Below, one piece after another: positions 9,008 through 19,056 of a stretch of DNA of 64,000 nucleotides. The notes beneath the pieces were generated by a model. The model was not told the DNA's origin, did no database searches, and was given only the letters and a program-made list of their open reading frames with translations. The stretch's first letter is position 1, and every line of letters starts with the position of its first letter. Made by a program: the position numbers and the translations under genes. The stretch comes from Sulfurimonas sp. (GTDB taxonomy: Bacteria > Campylobacterota > Campylobacteria > Campylobacterales > Sulfurimonadaceae): contig JAOFSE010000011.1 of assembly GCA_028044295.1 (NCBI GenBank), positions 890-64,889 of the forward strand, written 5' to 3'.

Positions 9008-9904
9008 TTAATTTAATCTTTCGTAAGCTTCATCAATACTCTTAGCTTTATCAGCTACAAATATATAAATTGCAGCATGAAGCTTTGCTAATTTCAGTAG
9101 TTCATCTGAAGGATTGTTTATTGCATCTAGAGACTCTTCAAGAGTCATCTTATCCCATGTCTTAGTTGAAGTAATGCCATAATACTCAGGGTCTATGATA
9201 AACTCTTCTACTTCTTTACAAGAGTCTGCTATCCATAAATGACCTTTTTTGAAAAGTTCTGGACTACCTTCTGTTCCTTGGATAAGCGCAAATCTTTTAT
9301 ATCTATTTGAGAAAATTTCTACATACTTTTTCACATATGGCTTATGAAACAGCCCTGTAATAGCATAGTCACTACTTGCAACATGAGGAAGCTTCTCGAT
9401 AGTATTTAAACCTGTACGAACTCCAAGCCTCATGCGAAGGTCAGTTAACTCATGCAGTTCATTAAAAAAATCTGCTCTATCATAGTAATGCAGATTAGAA
9501 CCTAAGTCTATTTTTGTACATATGTCTTTTATGGTAATACCTGATTTTGCAGGAGTCAGTTCATCCCCAGAAACAACTAAATTCACATCTGAGTCTTTGA
9601 GTATTTTTGAGACAAGAGGAAATGTATATGGATGTTTTGCTTTTCCATCAAATGAGTAGCCAAGTTCTATAGAATTTTCAATTTTTGTCTTTGTTATAAA
9701 AGAGTCACAAGCTTCTAGTGCTCCTATATACTCCTCTATAGTTTCAGGTTTTAATCTCCATCCAAGTAAAAAAGCGGATATTTGTTCCCCATGAACAGAC
9801 TGATTGAGGATTTGAGTCATCATATCTTGTGATTCTTCAAAAGTTAAATCTCTGTTACCCTTAGGTCCAGTTCCAACTGCTTTTATATACTTCTTAAAAT
9901 CCAT
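9008..9904 (-). CDS. glycosyltransferase family 3 / TrpD-like protein (YbiB type)
   Basis: YIKAVGTGPKGNRDL, QISAFLLGWRLK, GLFH.PY, QGTEGSPE patterns typical of YbiB. Confidence 0.75.
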   Translation of the reverse strand: MDFKKYIKAVGTGPKGNRDLTFEESQDMMTQILNQSVHGEQISAFLLGWRLKPETIEEYIGALEACDSFITKTKIENSIELGYSFDGKAKHPYTFPLVSKILKDSDVNLVVSGDELTPAKSGITIKDICTKIDLGSNLHYYDRADFFNELHELTDLRMRLGVRTGLNTIEKLPHVASSDYAITGLFHKPYVKKYVEIFSNRYKRFALIQGTEGSPELFKKGHLWIADSCKEVEEFIIDPEYYGITSTKTWDKMTLEESLDAINNPSDELLKLAKLHAAIYIFVADKAKSIDEAYERLN

Positions 9905-9906
9905 CT

Positions 9907-11121
9907 TTAAACCTTAGATTTTTGTATCTGATCAACCATCTTTACAACAACCAAATCAGAAGTCACATTTATGGATGTTCTTGCCATATCTAAAATTCTA
10001 TCAACTGCAACTATTAATGCGATGTACTCTACTGGAAGACCTATTTGGTTCAGTATTACTACCATCATCACAAGAGATGCACTAGGAAGTGCTGCAACAC
10101 CAACACTCAGTGCGACAACCGTAATCCCTAGTAGAACTTGATCCATAAAACTAAGGTCCACTCCAGCTAAATGAGAGATATATAAAACAGCTATTGTAAG
10201 ATAAGCTGCCGTTCCATCCATAGATACAGTTGCACCTAGTGGAAGAACAAATGAAGCATGCTTTTTACTCACTCCGCCTGCTTCTTCCACGATACGCATA
10301 GATACAGGAAGTGTAGCTGCACTTGATGCTGTGGAAAATGCCATAATAGGGGCTTCACGGACATCTGATATATACTTATATGGATTTATTCTTCCTATAA
10401 GTCCTAAGACTGTTGGGAGTGTAACAAAGGCGTGAATTACTAAAACTGTGATAACCATAAGCACATATTTCCATAATCCTAAAACCACGTCTATACCCTG
10501 GTCTGCTATAACATAAGATATGAGAGAGAATACACCAATTGGTGTCAGTTTTATAATCCACTCTGCCATAGTTAGCATAGCGTTTGTGACTCCCGTAAAG
10601 AACTCTAACATCAAAGCTTGTCTATCTACATGTAGATGCATAGAAGCAATCGCAAAAAGAATGGCAAAAACTATAATCTGCATCATAGCACCATCTGATA
10701 ATGAAGCAAAAATATTTGTCGGAATGAAACTAAGTATCATAGCCTGAAGTGAAAAAGGTGCAATAGCTGAAGCCTTCGCATACTCCAAACCCTCAGATGA
10801 TACAGCTTCACCTATCGGAGCAATATTCATAGCTATTATTGCCAAAAGTACAGCTAAAGCTGTAGTAAGAAGATAGAGTCCTATAGTTCTAAGACCTATA
10901 GTTTTTAAATCGTTAAGACTTCCCAACCCCATGATAGCAATATAAATACTTGAGAAAACAAGAGGAACAACTAACATTTTTAAAAAGCTTATAAAGATTT
11001 GGCCAATGACCTGTTGTTTTAGAGCTAATTCTGGTAAAAAACTACCAAATAATACTCCAAAAATAATTCCTAAAATAACTAGAGTATTTGTAGTGGAGTA
11101 CTTTTTGAAAGTATCAATCAT
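9907..11121 (-). CDS. dicarboxylate/amino acid:cation symporter (DAACS)
   Basis: AFSTASSAATLP, LPLGATVSMDG, AVDRILDMARTSINV. Confidence 0.95.
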   Translation of the reverse strand: MIDTFKKYSTTNTLVILGIIFGVLFGSFLPELALKQQVIGQIFISFLKMLVVPLVFSSIYIAIMGLGSLNDLKTIGLRTIGLYLLTTALAVLLAIIAMNIAPIGEAVSSEGLEYAKASAIAPFSLQAMILSFIPTNIFASLSDGAMMQIIVFAILFAIASMHLHVDRQALMLEFFTGVTNAMLTMAEWIIKLTPIGVFSLISYVIADQGIDVVLGLWKYVLMVITVLVIHAFVTLPTVLGLIGRINPYKYISDVREAPIMAFSTASSAATLPVSMRIVEEAGGVSKKHASFVLPLGATVSMDGTAAYLTIAVLYISHLAGVDLSFMDQVLLGITVVALSVGVAALPSASLVMMVVILNQIGLPVEYIALIVAVDRILDMARTSINVTSDLVVVKMVDQIQKSKV

Positions 11122-12176
11122 CAAGAGTCATTATCTTTAGCATCTTGAGTTTTTCTCTTTTGCTTCATTTTCCATTTTGCAAGCTCTCTCATATCTGCTG
11201 TTGTATCACTTTCATCTATAATCTCAATACCCAAGATAGTCTCTACACAATCTTCAAGTGTAACAATACCCTCTGTCTGGTCATAATTATCCATAACTAG
11301 AAACATATGGTCCTTTTTTGAGATTAACAAATCTAGTGCTTTACTTACTGGTATATTTTCATTAATTGAGAAAATATCTTTTTTAATTGACTTCAGAGTA
11401 ACACTATCATCTTGAAGTGCTTGTTTGAAAATTTTCTTTGTTAAAACAATACCAGTAACGTCTTCTATGGAGTCTTTGTAAACCGGTATACGAGAAAATT
11501 TAAAAATAGCTTCTTTTGTCTCAATGACTTCTTTTATTGTCATAGTCTCATCAAGAGCAAAAACAACACTTCTAGGTGTTAAAACCTCACCAACTTTTAT
11601 GTTATCAAGATTTAAAATATTTTCAATTACATCAGACTCTTTTTCATCAATAACACCCTCATCCTCACTAATAAGCATACTTTCAAGTAATTCTTCTTTC
11701 GTAAAAGAGTGCATATCTTTATTGCCTTTAGAAATCTTGTTTGTTACAAAAAGCGTTGTCAAAATAATAGGGTATGTAATCCATATAAACACTCTTATTG
11801 CTTGTGCTGAAATTGGAGCTAATTGTTTCCAGTAAATTGCACCTATTGTTTTTGGAATAATTTCTGATAAAAACAAAATAGCGAAAGTCATAATCATAGA
11901 GATAATAACAACAGCATCATTTCCAAAAAGTTTTGCAGCCTGAGCACCAACAGCAGCGGCACCTAGTGTATGAGCGATAGTATTTAAAATTAAAATAGAT
12001 GCAATTGACTTGCTAATCTCATTCTTTTGAATTTTTAAAAGCTTCCCAATTTTTGGTTTTTCTTTCTCAAGGAGAGAGATATATGACATGTTAATTGAAA
12101 GAAGAACAGCCTCTAAGACTGAACATATAAATGATATTCCTACTGCTAGAAAAAAGTATAAAAGTAATAAGTCCAA
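11121..12176 (-). CDS. CNNM/DUF21 + CBS protein (CorC/HlyC family)
   Basis: SFICSVLEA, ILILNTIA, SEIIPK, MTPR-like LTPR, FSRIPVY, GIVTLED. Confidence 0.9.
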   Translation of the reverse strand: MDLLLLYFFLAVGISFICSVLEAVLLSINMSYISLLEKEKPKIGKLLKIQKNEISKSIASILILNTIAHTLGAAAVGAQAAKLFGNDAVVIISMIMTFAILFLSEIIPKTIGAIYWKQLAPISAQAIRVFIWITYPIILTTLFVTNKISKGNKDMHSFTKEELLESMLISEDEGVIDEKESDVIENILNLDNIKVGEVLTPRSVVFALDETMTIKEVIETKEAIFKFSRIPVYKDSIEDVTGIVLTKKIFKQALQDDSVTLKSIKKDIFSINENIPVSKALDLLISKKDHMFLVMDNYDQTEGIVTLEDCVETILGIEIIDESDTTADMRELAKWKMKQKRKTQDAKDNDS

Positions 12177-12190
12177 GTTTTACAAAATCC

Positions 12191-13519
12191 TTATAATAAT
12201 ATATATGTTGCTAGTGCTAAAAAGCTAAAAAATCCAACAACATCTGTAACGGTAGTAAGTATAACAGTACTACCAATAGCTGGGTCTATATCCATCTTTT
12301 TCAATAAAAGAGGAACTGAAGCCCCAAAAAATCCGGCAACAAAAAGGTTAATAAGCATACTCAGAGCTATAACGACTCCAAGCATATTTATATCAAACCA
12401 TAGTGCTGCTACTATACCCATAATTATAGCAAAGAAGACACCATTCACCAATGATATAGATACCTCTTTTTTTATAATCCTCATTGCATCACCCTGAGAG
12501 ATATCTCCAAGGGCCAATTGTCTAACAACAACTGTCAAGGTTTGAGTCCCTGCATTTCCACCCATTGAAGCAACTATTGGCATTAAAATAGCAAGTGCCA
12601 CAATACTCTCTATAGTCTCAGCAAATAACCCTATAATCAAAGAAGCAAAAATAGCTGTAAAAAGATTTATGCTAAGCCACGAAGCTCTTTTTTTACCAGC
12701 CTTAAAAACCTCATCATCTTCTTCTGCCTCATCATCAACACCAGCTAGATTATACATCTGTTCTGTTGCATGTTCGTTGATAATGTCATATATATCATCA
12801 GATGTAATACGACCAACTAAAACACCATAAGCATTTACTATTGGCATAACAGAAAGATCATACTCCTCAAAATAGTGAACAACATCTTTTATGTCTTCTC
12901 TATCTTCTGCGGTTTTTGGTTCAAAGCTATCGTTACTCTGCTCAATGTTTTCAAGTATGCTCTTGTCAAAATCAAAAATAAGTAAATCATCAAGACCAAC
13001 CGTAAAACGAAGTTTATCATCAGAGCCTATAATAAAAAGGTTTTGAATATTTTCAATAGTTTTCGCTTTTCTTAGTTCACCAAATCTTTTTATAACATCA
13101 TGAACTATCTCTTCTTTACCAGCTGTAAAGACTTCAAGTTGCATATACGCACCAGCTTCATCTTCTTCATAAGTTTGAAGTTTGGTAATTTCCTCTTTAT
13201 CTTCTTCCTTAAGAGTCTTAAAAACTTCCGAAGCAATGTTTTCATCATGTTCTTCAAGTTCTTGCATAAAGTCGACTTGATCATCTGACTCTAGCTCAGC
13301 TACAGCATGACTTAACTCATCTACACTTAGGTTTTCAACTACATCATCAAAATATCTGTCTGGAAGTGCTAATGTCACATCACCAAGTAAGTCTTTTGGA
13401 ACAAGCTGAAGTGCATCAGCAAATTCAGATTCATCTAGCTGTTTTAGTATCTTTGCTATATCTGATGGGTGAATTTCACTTAGAGGGTGAGAGTTTAAAT
13501 ACTCTTTTAATTTATCCAT
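12191..13519 (-). CDS. mgtE: magnesium transporter MgtE
   Basis: MgtE N-domain, CBS pair, MPIVASMGGNAGTQ, DPA...TVTDVVGF. Confidence 0.95.
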   Translation of the reverse strand: MDKLKEYLNSHPLSEIHPSDIAKILKQLDESEFADALQLVPKDLLGDVTLALPDRYFDDVVENLSVDELSHAVAELESDDQVDFMQELEEHDENIASEVFKTLKEEDKEEITKLQTYEEDEAGAYMQLEVFTAGKEEIVHDVIKRFGELRKAKTIENIQNLFIIGSDDKLRFTVGLDDLLIFDFDKSILENIEQSNDSFEPKTAEDREDIKDVVHYFEEYDLSVMPIVNAYGVLVGRITSDDIYDIINEHATEQMYNLAGVDDEAEEDDEVFKAGKKRASWLSINLFTAIFASLIIGLFAETIESIVALAILMPIVASMGGNAGTQTLTVVVRQLALGDISQGDAMRIIKKEVSISLVNGVFFAIIMGIVAALWFDINMLGVVIALSMLINLFVAGFFGASVPLLLKKMDIDPAIGSTVILTTVTDVVGFFSFLALATYILL

Positions 13520-13521
13520 AT

Positions 13522-14052
13522 TTATTTGTCAAAACTCGCTTGTATATTCAAGTCAACCATATCATCAACACACATAAATAAAAGACAAGGCATTTCTATA
13601 CCGTAGTCACTAAATTGCATACTAGTTGTTGCATTTATAGACATACTATCCATCTCTTGTACTATTTTAGCTTCAGCAACTAAATCTTTATCTATGCCCT
13701 GAAAACTAAGTACTCCATTAATCTCATAAATATCTTTTATCTCTGTTTTTGTAACACTAAAAATTTTATATATAGCTAACTTGTGAACACTAGACTTTAT
13801 ACTCTCGTGCATAGCTTCATCTCTATCACTCTCATCACTTGCGAACATGTTCATTTCAACCCAAAAAACACCCTCTATAGTTGTTAAGTCATTCTCTCTT
13901 ATAGTTAGATGTGCATGTAGATTTTTATTGATAGGGTCTATATTTGAGTCCATCATCATCTCAGTATGAGCTTTTAAAACACCATTTTTGATATTTAAAC
14001 TATCTGCCACCAAAGCTATACTAAAACATAAAACCAATAATAATTTTATCAT
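13522..14052 (-). CDS. YceI-family periplasmic lipid/isoprenoid-binding protein
   Basis: signal peptide; RDEAM, GVLSFQG, FSDYGIE...V pattern. Confidence 0.75.
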   Translation of the reverse strand: MIKLLLVLCFSIALVADSLNIKNGVLKAHTEMMMDSNIDPINKNLHAHLTIRENDLTTIEGVFWVEMNMFASDESDRDEAMHESIKSSVHKLAIYKIFSVTKTEIKDIYEINGVLSFQGIDKDLVAEAKIVQEMDSMSINATTSMQFSDYGIEMPCLLFMCVDDMVDLNIQASFDK

Positions 14053-14063
14053 AAACAATTCCT

Positions 14064-14966
14064 TTAACTAAGTATACCTGATAGTGCTGTTAGAAAACCT
14101 AAGCCAGATGCTATCCAGCCTACAAACAGCATTATTAATGCAAGTTTTTTTAAGCTCATCTCTTTAGATAGAGCTGTAAATATAAGTACATTATAGTAGG
14201 AAACAGTAAAAGGGTAAAGCATAGAGACTAGAAGAGCTAGTTTTAGGTAGGATACAAGGTAAGTTGAGAAAAATAAAATAGCGATAAAAATATGCACTTT
14301 TTTATCATCTAGTTGTATGAAATATGCACTAATGAGACCAATAAGGTGAAAAAGAATTATTACTAAAGTATAGTTTGTCCATATGTCCAAGCAAAGATGT
14401 CTCGAGAGTGTTTCAAATAAATTTGTATCTAAAAATACCCATAAAATAAATATTGCATAATAAATAAATGCATGGGTGTCTGACTTTATACTCATCTCAT
14501 AGTTTCTAATAATTAAACTACTCAAAAGAGCAACAGCTGAAAAAACAACCGCTAAAATAAATCTAATATCTTCACCTGAAGTAAAATAATATGTACCTAC
14601 ACTGTATGCAATTGCCAAAGCAATAAGAAGCTCTTTTAACTGTTTCTCACTATAGATATAAATACTAAGTGGCGCCATTAAACCAACTGAAACACCTAAT
14701 AATACTAGCGTAGCCATATTATAATTTGGATAAAAAAAAGAGAGTATAAGTTGAATTGTTAATGCAAATATTATTTTTTCTATTGGTTTAGATAGTACAA
14801 TCCATCTTTGCCCTGCAAAATAAGTACCAAAGACTCCACCTAAGAATATAAAGATGAGACTAGAAATATCTGAGTTTAAATGTGAGACAATACCTGTTTG
14901 AACAATAAGTAAGTAGTAAGACAGCTCAAACCCAAGCAGTAAAGATAAAGCTATAGAATAAAGCAT
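14064..14966 (-). CDS. polytopic membrane protein of unknown function
   Basis: about 10 hydrophobic segments. Confidence 0.75.
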   Translation of the reverse strand: MLYSIALSLLLGFELSYYLLIVQTGIVSHLNSDISSLIFIFLGGVFGTYFAGQRWIVLSKPIEKIIFALTIQLILSFFYPNYNMATLVLLGVSVGLMAPLSIYIYSEKQLKELLIALAIAYSVGTYYFTSGEDIRFILAVVFSAVALLSSLIIRNYEMSIKSDTHAFIYYAIFILWVFLDTNLFETLSRHLCLDIWTNYTLVIILFHLIGLISAYFIQLDDKKVHIFIAILFFSTYLVSYLKLALLVSMLYPFTVSYYNVLIFTALSKEMSLKKLALIMLFVGWIASGLGFLTALSGILS

Positions 14967-14969
14967 ACG

Positions 14970-15590
14970 TTAAATTCGTCCATCTACCAATTTGATTGTA
15001 CTCGTAGCATACTCTTGAAGTTTCATATCATGTGAGGCTACAACCACTGTTGTTCCTTTGGTAAAACTACGACGAAGTATCTCATATACGAGTTGAGAGT
15101 TAGTAGAGTCTAAACTTCCCGTAGGTTCATCTGCAAAAATAATTTTAGGGTTATTAATAAGTGCGCGGGCAATTGCAACCCTTTGTCTCTCTCCTCCTGA
15201 AATCTCATTTGGATATTTATCTGATAAGTCTAGTATGCCAAGCTCTTCGAGCAAAGAGTTAATCTTTGTCTTTTTATCTTCTAATGCAGCCAAAGCGATA
15301 TTATCATACACACTAAGATAGTTTATGAGATAGTGAAACTGGAAAACAAAACCAATGTTTTTTTGACGGTATATATCAATATTTTTATATCTACATGTAG
15401 AAATATTTTCTCTACGGACTTCTCCAGAACTTGGTTGTAAAAGAGTTGAAAGAATTGATAGCAAAGTTGATTTTCCACTACCACTATCTCCACTCAAAAA
15501 AACAAACTCACCCTCTTTAATCTTAAATGATAGGTTATGAAGAACTTGTTCAGATCCATAACTATGTGAAACGTTTGTTACTTCTATCAT
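14970..15590 (-). CDS. ABC transporter ATP-binding protein (LolD/MacB type)
   Basis: GDSGSGKS, IGFVFQ, ISGGERQR, ADEPTG, ASHD. Confidence 0.95.
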   Translation of the reverse strand: MIEVTNVSHSYGSEQVLHNLSFKIKEGEFVFLSGDSGSGKSTLLSILSTLLQPSSGEVRRENISTCRYKNIDIYRQKNIGFVFQFHYLINYLSVYDNIALAALEDKKTKINSLLEELGILDLSDKYPNEISGGERQRVAIARALINNPKIIFADEPTGSLDSTNSQLVYEILRRSFTKGTTVVVASHDMKLQEYATSTIKLVDGRI

Positions 15591-16660
15591 GAACTACCTT
15601 GGTTAATAAGAAGAACAGGGTCTGTCTTAGACGCTATAAAAGCGGGGATGAGGGAACCCAAAAGTGCCATAACAATAGTAGCAATGAGTACATTTATGGA
15701 TGTAGTAAATGATAAAGACCCATTTACATAACCTTGAAGCATATCAATATGCGGAATTATAGATAAAACAATCAAGCTAATAATCAATGCAAAAATATAT
15801 GCAGATGTACTCAAAAACACAACCTCAAAGAAAAGATTTTTCATAATAAAAAAACGGCTCTTTCCAATAGCTCTCATAATTCCAAACTCTTCTTTTCTTG
15901 AATTTACTATCATAATCATAATGGATAGAATTCCCATTAATCCCATAGCAAAGGCAAGAGCTGAAATCACCAAAGAGGAGTTCTCAATAATCTTAAATTG
16001 ATTGTACTCTTTTATAAAACTTTTTGTTGTTTTGACTTCTATATCTTTATCTATTTGAGAGATAGTCTTTACGAGATCTTTTATCTTATCACTCTTTGTA
16101 GTTGATACTAAAATATAAGAAGCTGAGCGAGAAAATAGCTCTCCTGCATCTTCTATATTCATCACTACTCCACCCTCTTCAAAGCCTATATCACTATTAA
16201 ATAGACCACTTACACGAAACTCTTTATTACCTATATTTACTTTTTTAGATTTAATCTGTCTAGACAAATTTGCACCTAAAATAACCTCACCTTTTTGTGG
16301 GTATTCTCCACTTGAAAGCTTATAGTTAGAAAAATGATTAGACGTAGTTCCATATATACCTGCGATTGGAATGTTATTTATAGGAGAAGCTCCAACAATC
16401 ATGGCATATGAAGATTGAACTCCATTTATATTGTCGATTTTTTTCATTAAGGATATATCTATATTTGAGAAAAAATTATCGGCAATACCTTTTTGTGTGA
16501 TAATAATATCTCCATCTGTCTTTATCATTTTGGAGTACATACCAATAATGCCATGAGAAATTGAAGTGATTAAAAAAATCGCCATTACAGAGACAGTAAT
16601 ACTAGAGAATATCAAAAAACTTTTAAATCTGTTTTTTCCTATGGCTTTTAAAGCAATCAC
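15587..16660 (-). CDS. ABC transporter permease (FtsX/MacB family)
   Basis: N-terminal TM, periplasmic domain, RKEEFGIMRAIG, C-terminal IPAFIASKTDP. Confidence 0.9.
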   Translation of the reverse strand: MIALKAIGKNRFKSFLIFSSITVSVMAIFLITSISHGIIGMYSKMIKTDGDIIITQKGIADNFFSNIDISLMKKIDNINGVQSSYAMIVGASPINNIPIAGIYGTTSNHFSNYKLSSGEYPQKGEVILGANLSRQIKSKKVNIGNKEFRVSGLFNSDIGFEEGGVVMNIEDAGELFSRSASYILVSTTKSDKIKDLVKTISQIDKDIEVKTTKSFIKEYNQFKIIENSSLVISALAFAMGLMGILSIMIMIVNSRKEEFGIMRAIGKSRFFIMKNLFFEVVFLSTSAYIFALIISLIVLSIIPHIDMLQGYVNGSLSFTTSINVLIATIVMALLGSLIPAFIASKTDPVLLINQGSS

Positions 16661-17127
16661 TTTTCTATAGCTGCTATTAGTTCTTTTTGAGTTGTTACAA
16701 ATGATATATTACTTATTTTGTAATTATCCACATGTAGAAGAGTTAGAGTGCCTTTTTTCACAGGGAAACTCTTAGAAAACTCTTCATTATAATTAAGATA
16801 TACAAGATGTTCATACTTTTTCATTTGAGGAATTGCAATCATCTTTGTAATTGCTGTTGGCATCTTACTTATATCTGCTATGAATGTAGCATCATTTTTT
16901 AGCAAGTAATATGGATCTTTAGTCTTTAAATACTTATTTACTAAATCGCCAGTAGATTTTTCAAAGGCAACTACAATAAGTTTTTGCATTCTAGGTACTC
17001 TCATATCTCTACCATGTGGTGTTTCATATTTGTAATCATTTAAAGCGTTCAAAGCACTACCTACTCCTATGTCAGAAGCATTTAAAAAGGTAAAACTAAA
17101 AGCTAGTATTAATAAAAGTTTGTTCAT
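16657..17127 (-). CDS. exported protein, probable thioredoxin-like fold without CxxC
   Basis: signal peptide (LNA/S); ADISKMP...IPQMKKY pattern; no cysteines. Confidence 0.6.
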   Translation of the reverse strand: MNKLLLILAFSFTFLNASDIGVGSALNALNDYKYETPHGRDMRVPRMQKLIVVAFEKSTGDLVNKYLKTKDPYYLLKNDATFIADISKMPTAITKMIAIPQMKKYEHLVYLNYNEEFSKSFPVKKGTLTLLHVDNYKISNISFVTTQKELIAAIEK

Positions 17128-17138
17128 ATCTTGTCCTT

Positions 17139-17765
17139 TTAGTTACTAAGATTTTTCTCAAATGTTGTGATCCAACTATCGAGAGATGGCTTAAGGTTTT
17201 TAAATTCTATTTTTTCATTAACAAGACTAATTACAAAGTCTTTTTGGATACTCCTAGTTCTAGTAAAAACTTCACTACTCCATGAGTCAACTAGTCTACT
17301 CTCTCCTAAAAGGCGGACAGATTCATCTCTATATGCATTATATGAAACAACGTCCATACCTAGTGACACAGGAGTATTATTATTCCATTTTTCATCTTCA
17401 AAATGTACTTCAACTGCTGATATTGCACTTTCAAGTTTTAGAGAATGATCTGATTCCTCTTCAACAAGATTATACATCTTGTTAGAATCAACCACCTTTT
17501 TTAAAGCTAAGGTTAAATAATCTGAAATTTCTTTATACAATTTTTTTTGTGAATCAGTTTGATTTTTTTTCTCTACATTTGATACAACAATAACTGGCGA
17601 TACTAATATGTCTTTATATTTGTAAACTTCTATTTTTTTCGATAAATCTAAATTTTTATAATCATTGAAAAAGCCACTGTTGTTTGCTTTTATAGGTCTA
17701 TTTGAACAACCAGTCGTAATAAATAACAATATCATAAAAGGAAAAAGTAAGATATAAAATTTCAA
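17139..17765 (-). CDS. DUF3313-like lipoprotein
   Basis: lipobox TTGC; SGFFNDY motif; TTG start. Confidence 0.65.
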   Translation of the reverse strand: MKFYILLFPFMILLFITTGCSNRPIKANNSGFFNDYKNLDLSKKIEVYKYKDILVSPVIVVSNVEKKNQTDSQKKLYKEISDYLTLALKKVVDSNKMYNLVEEESDHSLKLESAISAVEVHFEDEKWNNNTPVSLGMDVVSYNAYRDESVRLLGESRLVDSWSSEVFTRTRSIQKDFVISLVNEKIEFKNLKPSLDSWITTFEKNLSN

Positions 17766-17956
17766 ATAAACTGCCTTATATTTTAAGTTATTAATTGTAT
17801 CATAATTTTATATATTCAAATAGATCTATATATTACTCTTATTTAAAGGTCTAAATAAAAAAAACAATTTATTATGTTTAACCATTGTTTATGTTATTTT
17901 AAGTTTTATTTAGAGATGATTCATTCGAATTTAAATAAAACTCAAGGAATTTAGAA

Positions 17957-18274
17957 ATGACAAAAAAAATTATTATTGCTTCAATCGCTACAGCGGCTGC
18001 ACTATCAATGAGCGGATGTGCTGTTAGCCCACACACTGGTGGTGTTATTAAAGATCAAATAGCTCCAATGAATGCTACAACAAGTACTAAAGCTACTAAA
18101 ACAGGTAGATCTGATGAATGTAAGTCTATCTTAGGACTAGTAGCTAGTGGTGATTGTAGTGTAGCTAACGCGAAGAAAAATGGTGGTATCACAAACGTAT
18201 CTTCAGTAGATTTTGAGAGTCATAATATACTTGGTGTAATCCATACTGGTGTTACTATTGTAAAAGGGAACTAA
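17957..18274 (+). CDS. TRL-like family lipoprotein
   Basis: lipobox MSGC; KTG...CKSILGLVASGDCS...AKKNGGIT.V..VD. Confidence 0.8.
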   Translation: MTKKIIIASIATAAALSMSGCAVSPHTGGVIKDQIAPMNATTSTKATKTGRSDECKSILGLVASGDCSVANAKKNGGITNVSSVDFESHNILGVIHTGVTIVKGN

Positions 18275-18309
18275 TCCCTTTTACTTTAACCTAAGTAATC
18301 TCTCCTCAG

Positions 18310-18342
18310 GCTATCAGTATATTATTACTAACAACTGATAGC
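18310..18342. terminator. 9-bp inverted repeat after the TRL gene (possible terminator or processing stem)
   Basis: GCTATCAGT (18310-18318) / ACTGATAGC (18334-18342); no clear U tract. Confidence 0.35.
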
Positions 18343-18471
18343 ACTCTCAAACAATAATTCAAAAAACTATAATTATGAGCTCGAATATACAAAGCTACAT
18401 TCATCCACTATTTTAATAAAAATATAATTATGCTATCATGCATTTTAATATTTAACTAAAGGTCTTTTAAA

Positions 18472-19056
18472 ATGAAAAAACTGTTACTTACATTGAGCCT
18501 AGTATTTCTTAGCATTATGTTTTCTGGTGCATGGTCAGGTCAAAGTGCTAAAGAAGAGAGACAAAAGAAATTCCAAGAAAAAAAGAAACGTCTACAAGAG
18601 AATCAAGAGACTCTTAAAATGCTATACAAATATGCTCCAGAATCTAGAAATATGCTTTTACGCTCTTATGCTTATGCAACTTTTACAAATTTCAATATTT
18701 ATCTTTTTTTAGTATCCGCTGAGGGTGGTCATGGCGTTGCACACAATAATAGGACTGGGAAAAATACATATATGAATATGGCTTCTGGTGGTATCGGTCT
18801 TGGACTTGGTGTAAAAAACTTCAGAGGAGTATTTTTATTCAAAGATAAAAGAGTATTTGACAACTTCATCAATAAAGGCTGGGAAGCAAATATTCAAGCC
18901 GATGCTGCTGCAAAGTTTGGAAATGACGGAGGGGCTGTTAATGCTGCTATGACAATAGCTCCAGGTGTTAGACTTTATAAAATAACAGAAAATGGGTTAG
19001 CTCTAGATGCAACTATACAAGGTACTAAGTACTGGAAAGATGAAGATTTAAACTAG
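18472..19056 (+). CDS. exported YSC84/SYLF (DUF500)-related lipid-binding protein
   Basis: signal peptide; GGHGV, GGIGLGLGV...VFLF, ADAAAK, ATIQGTKY. Confidence 0.8.
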   Translation: MKKLLLTLSLVFLSIMFSGAWSGQSAKEERQKKFQEKKKRLQENQETLKMLYKYAPESRNMLLRSYAYATFTNFNIYLFLVSAEGGHGVAHNNRTGKNTYMNMASGGIGLGLGVKNFRGVFLFKDKRVFDNFINKGWEANIQADAAAKFGNDGGAVNAAMTIAPGVRLYKITENGLALDATIQGTKYWKDEDLN

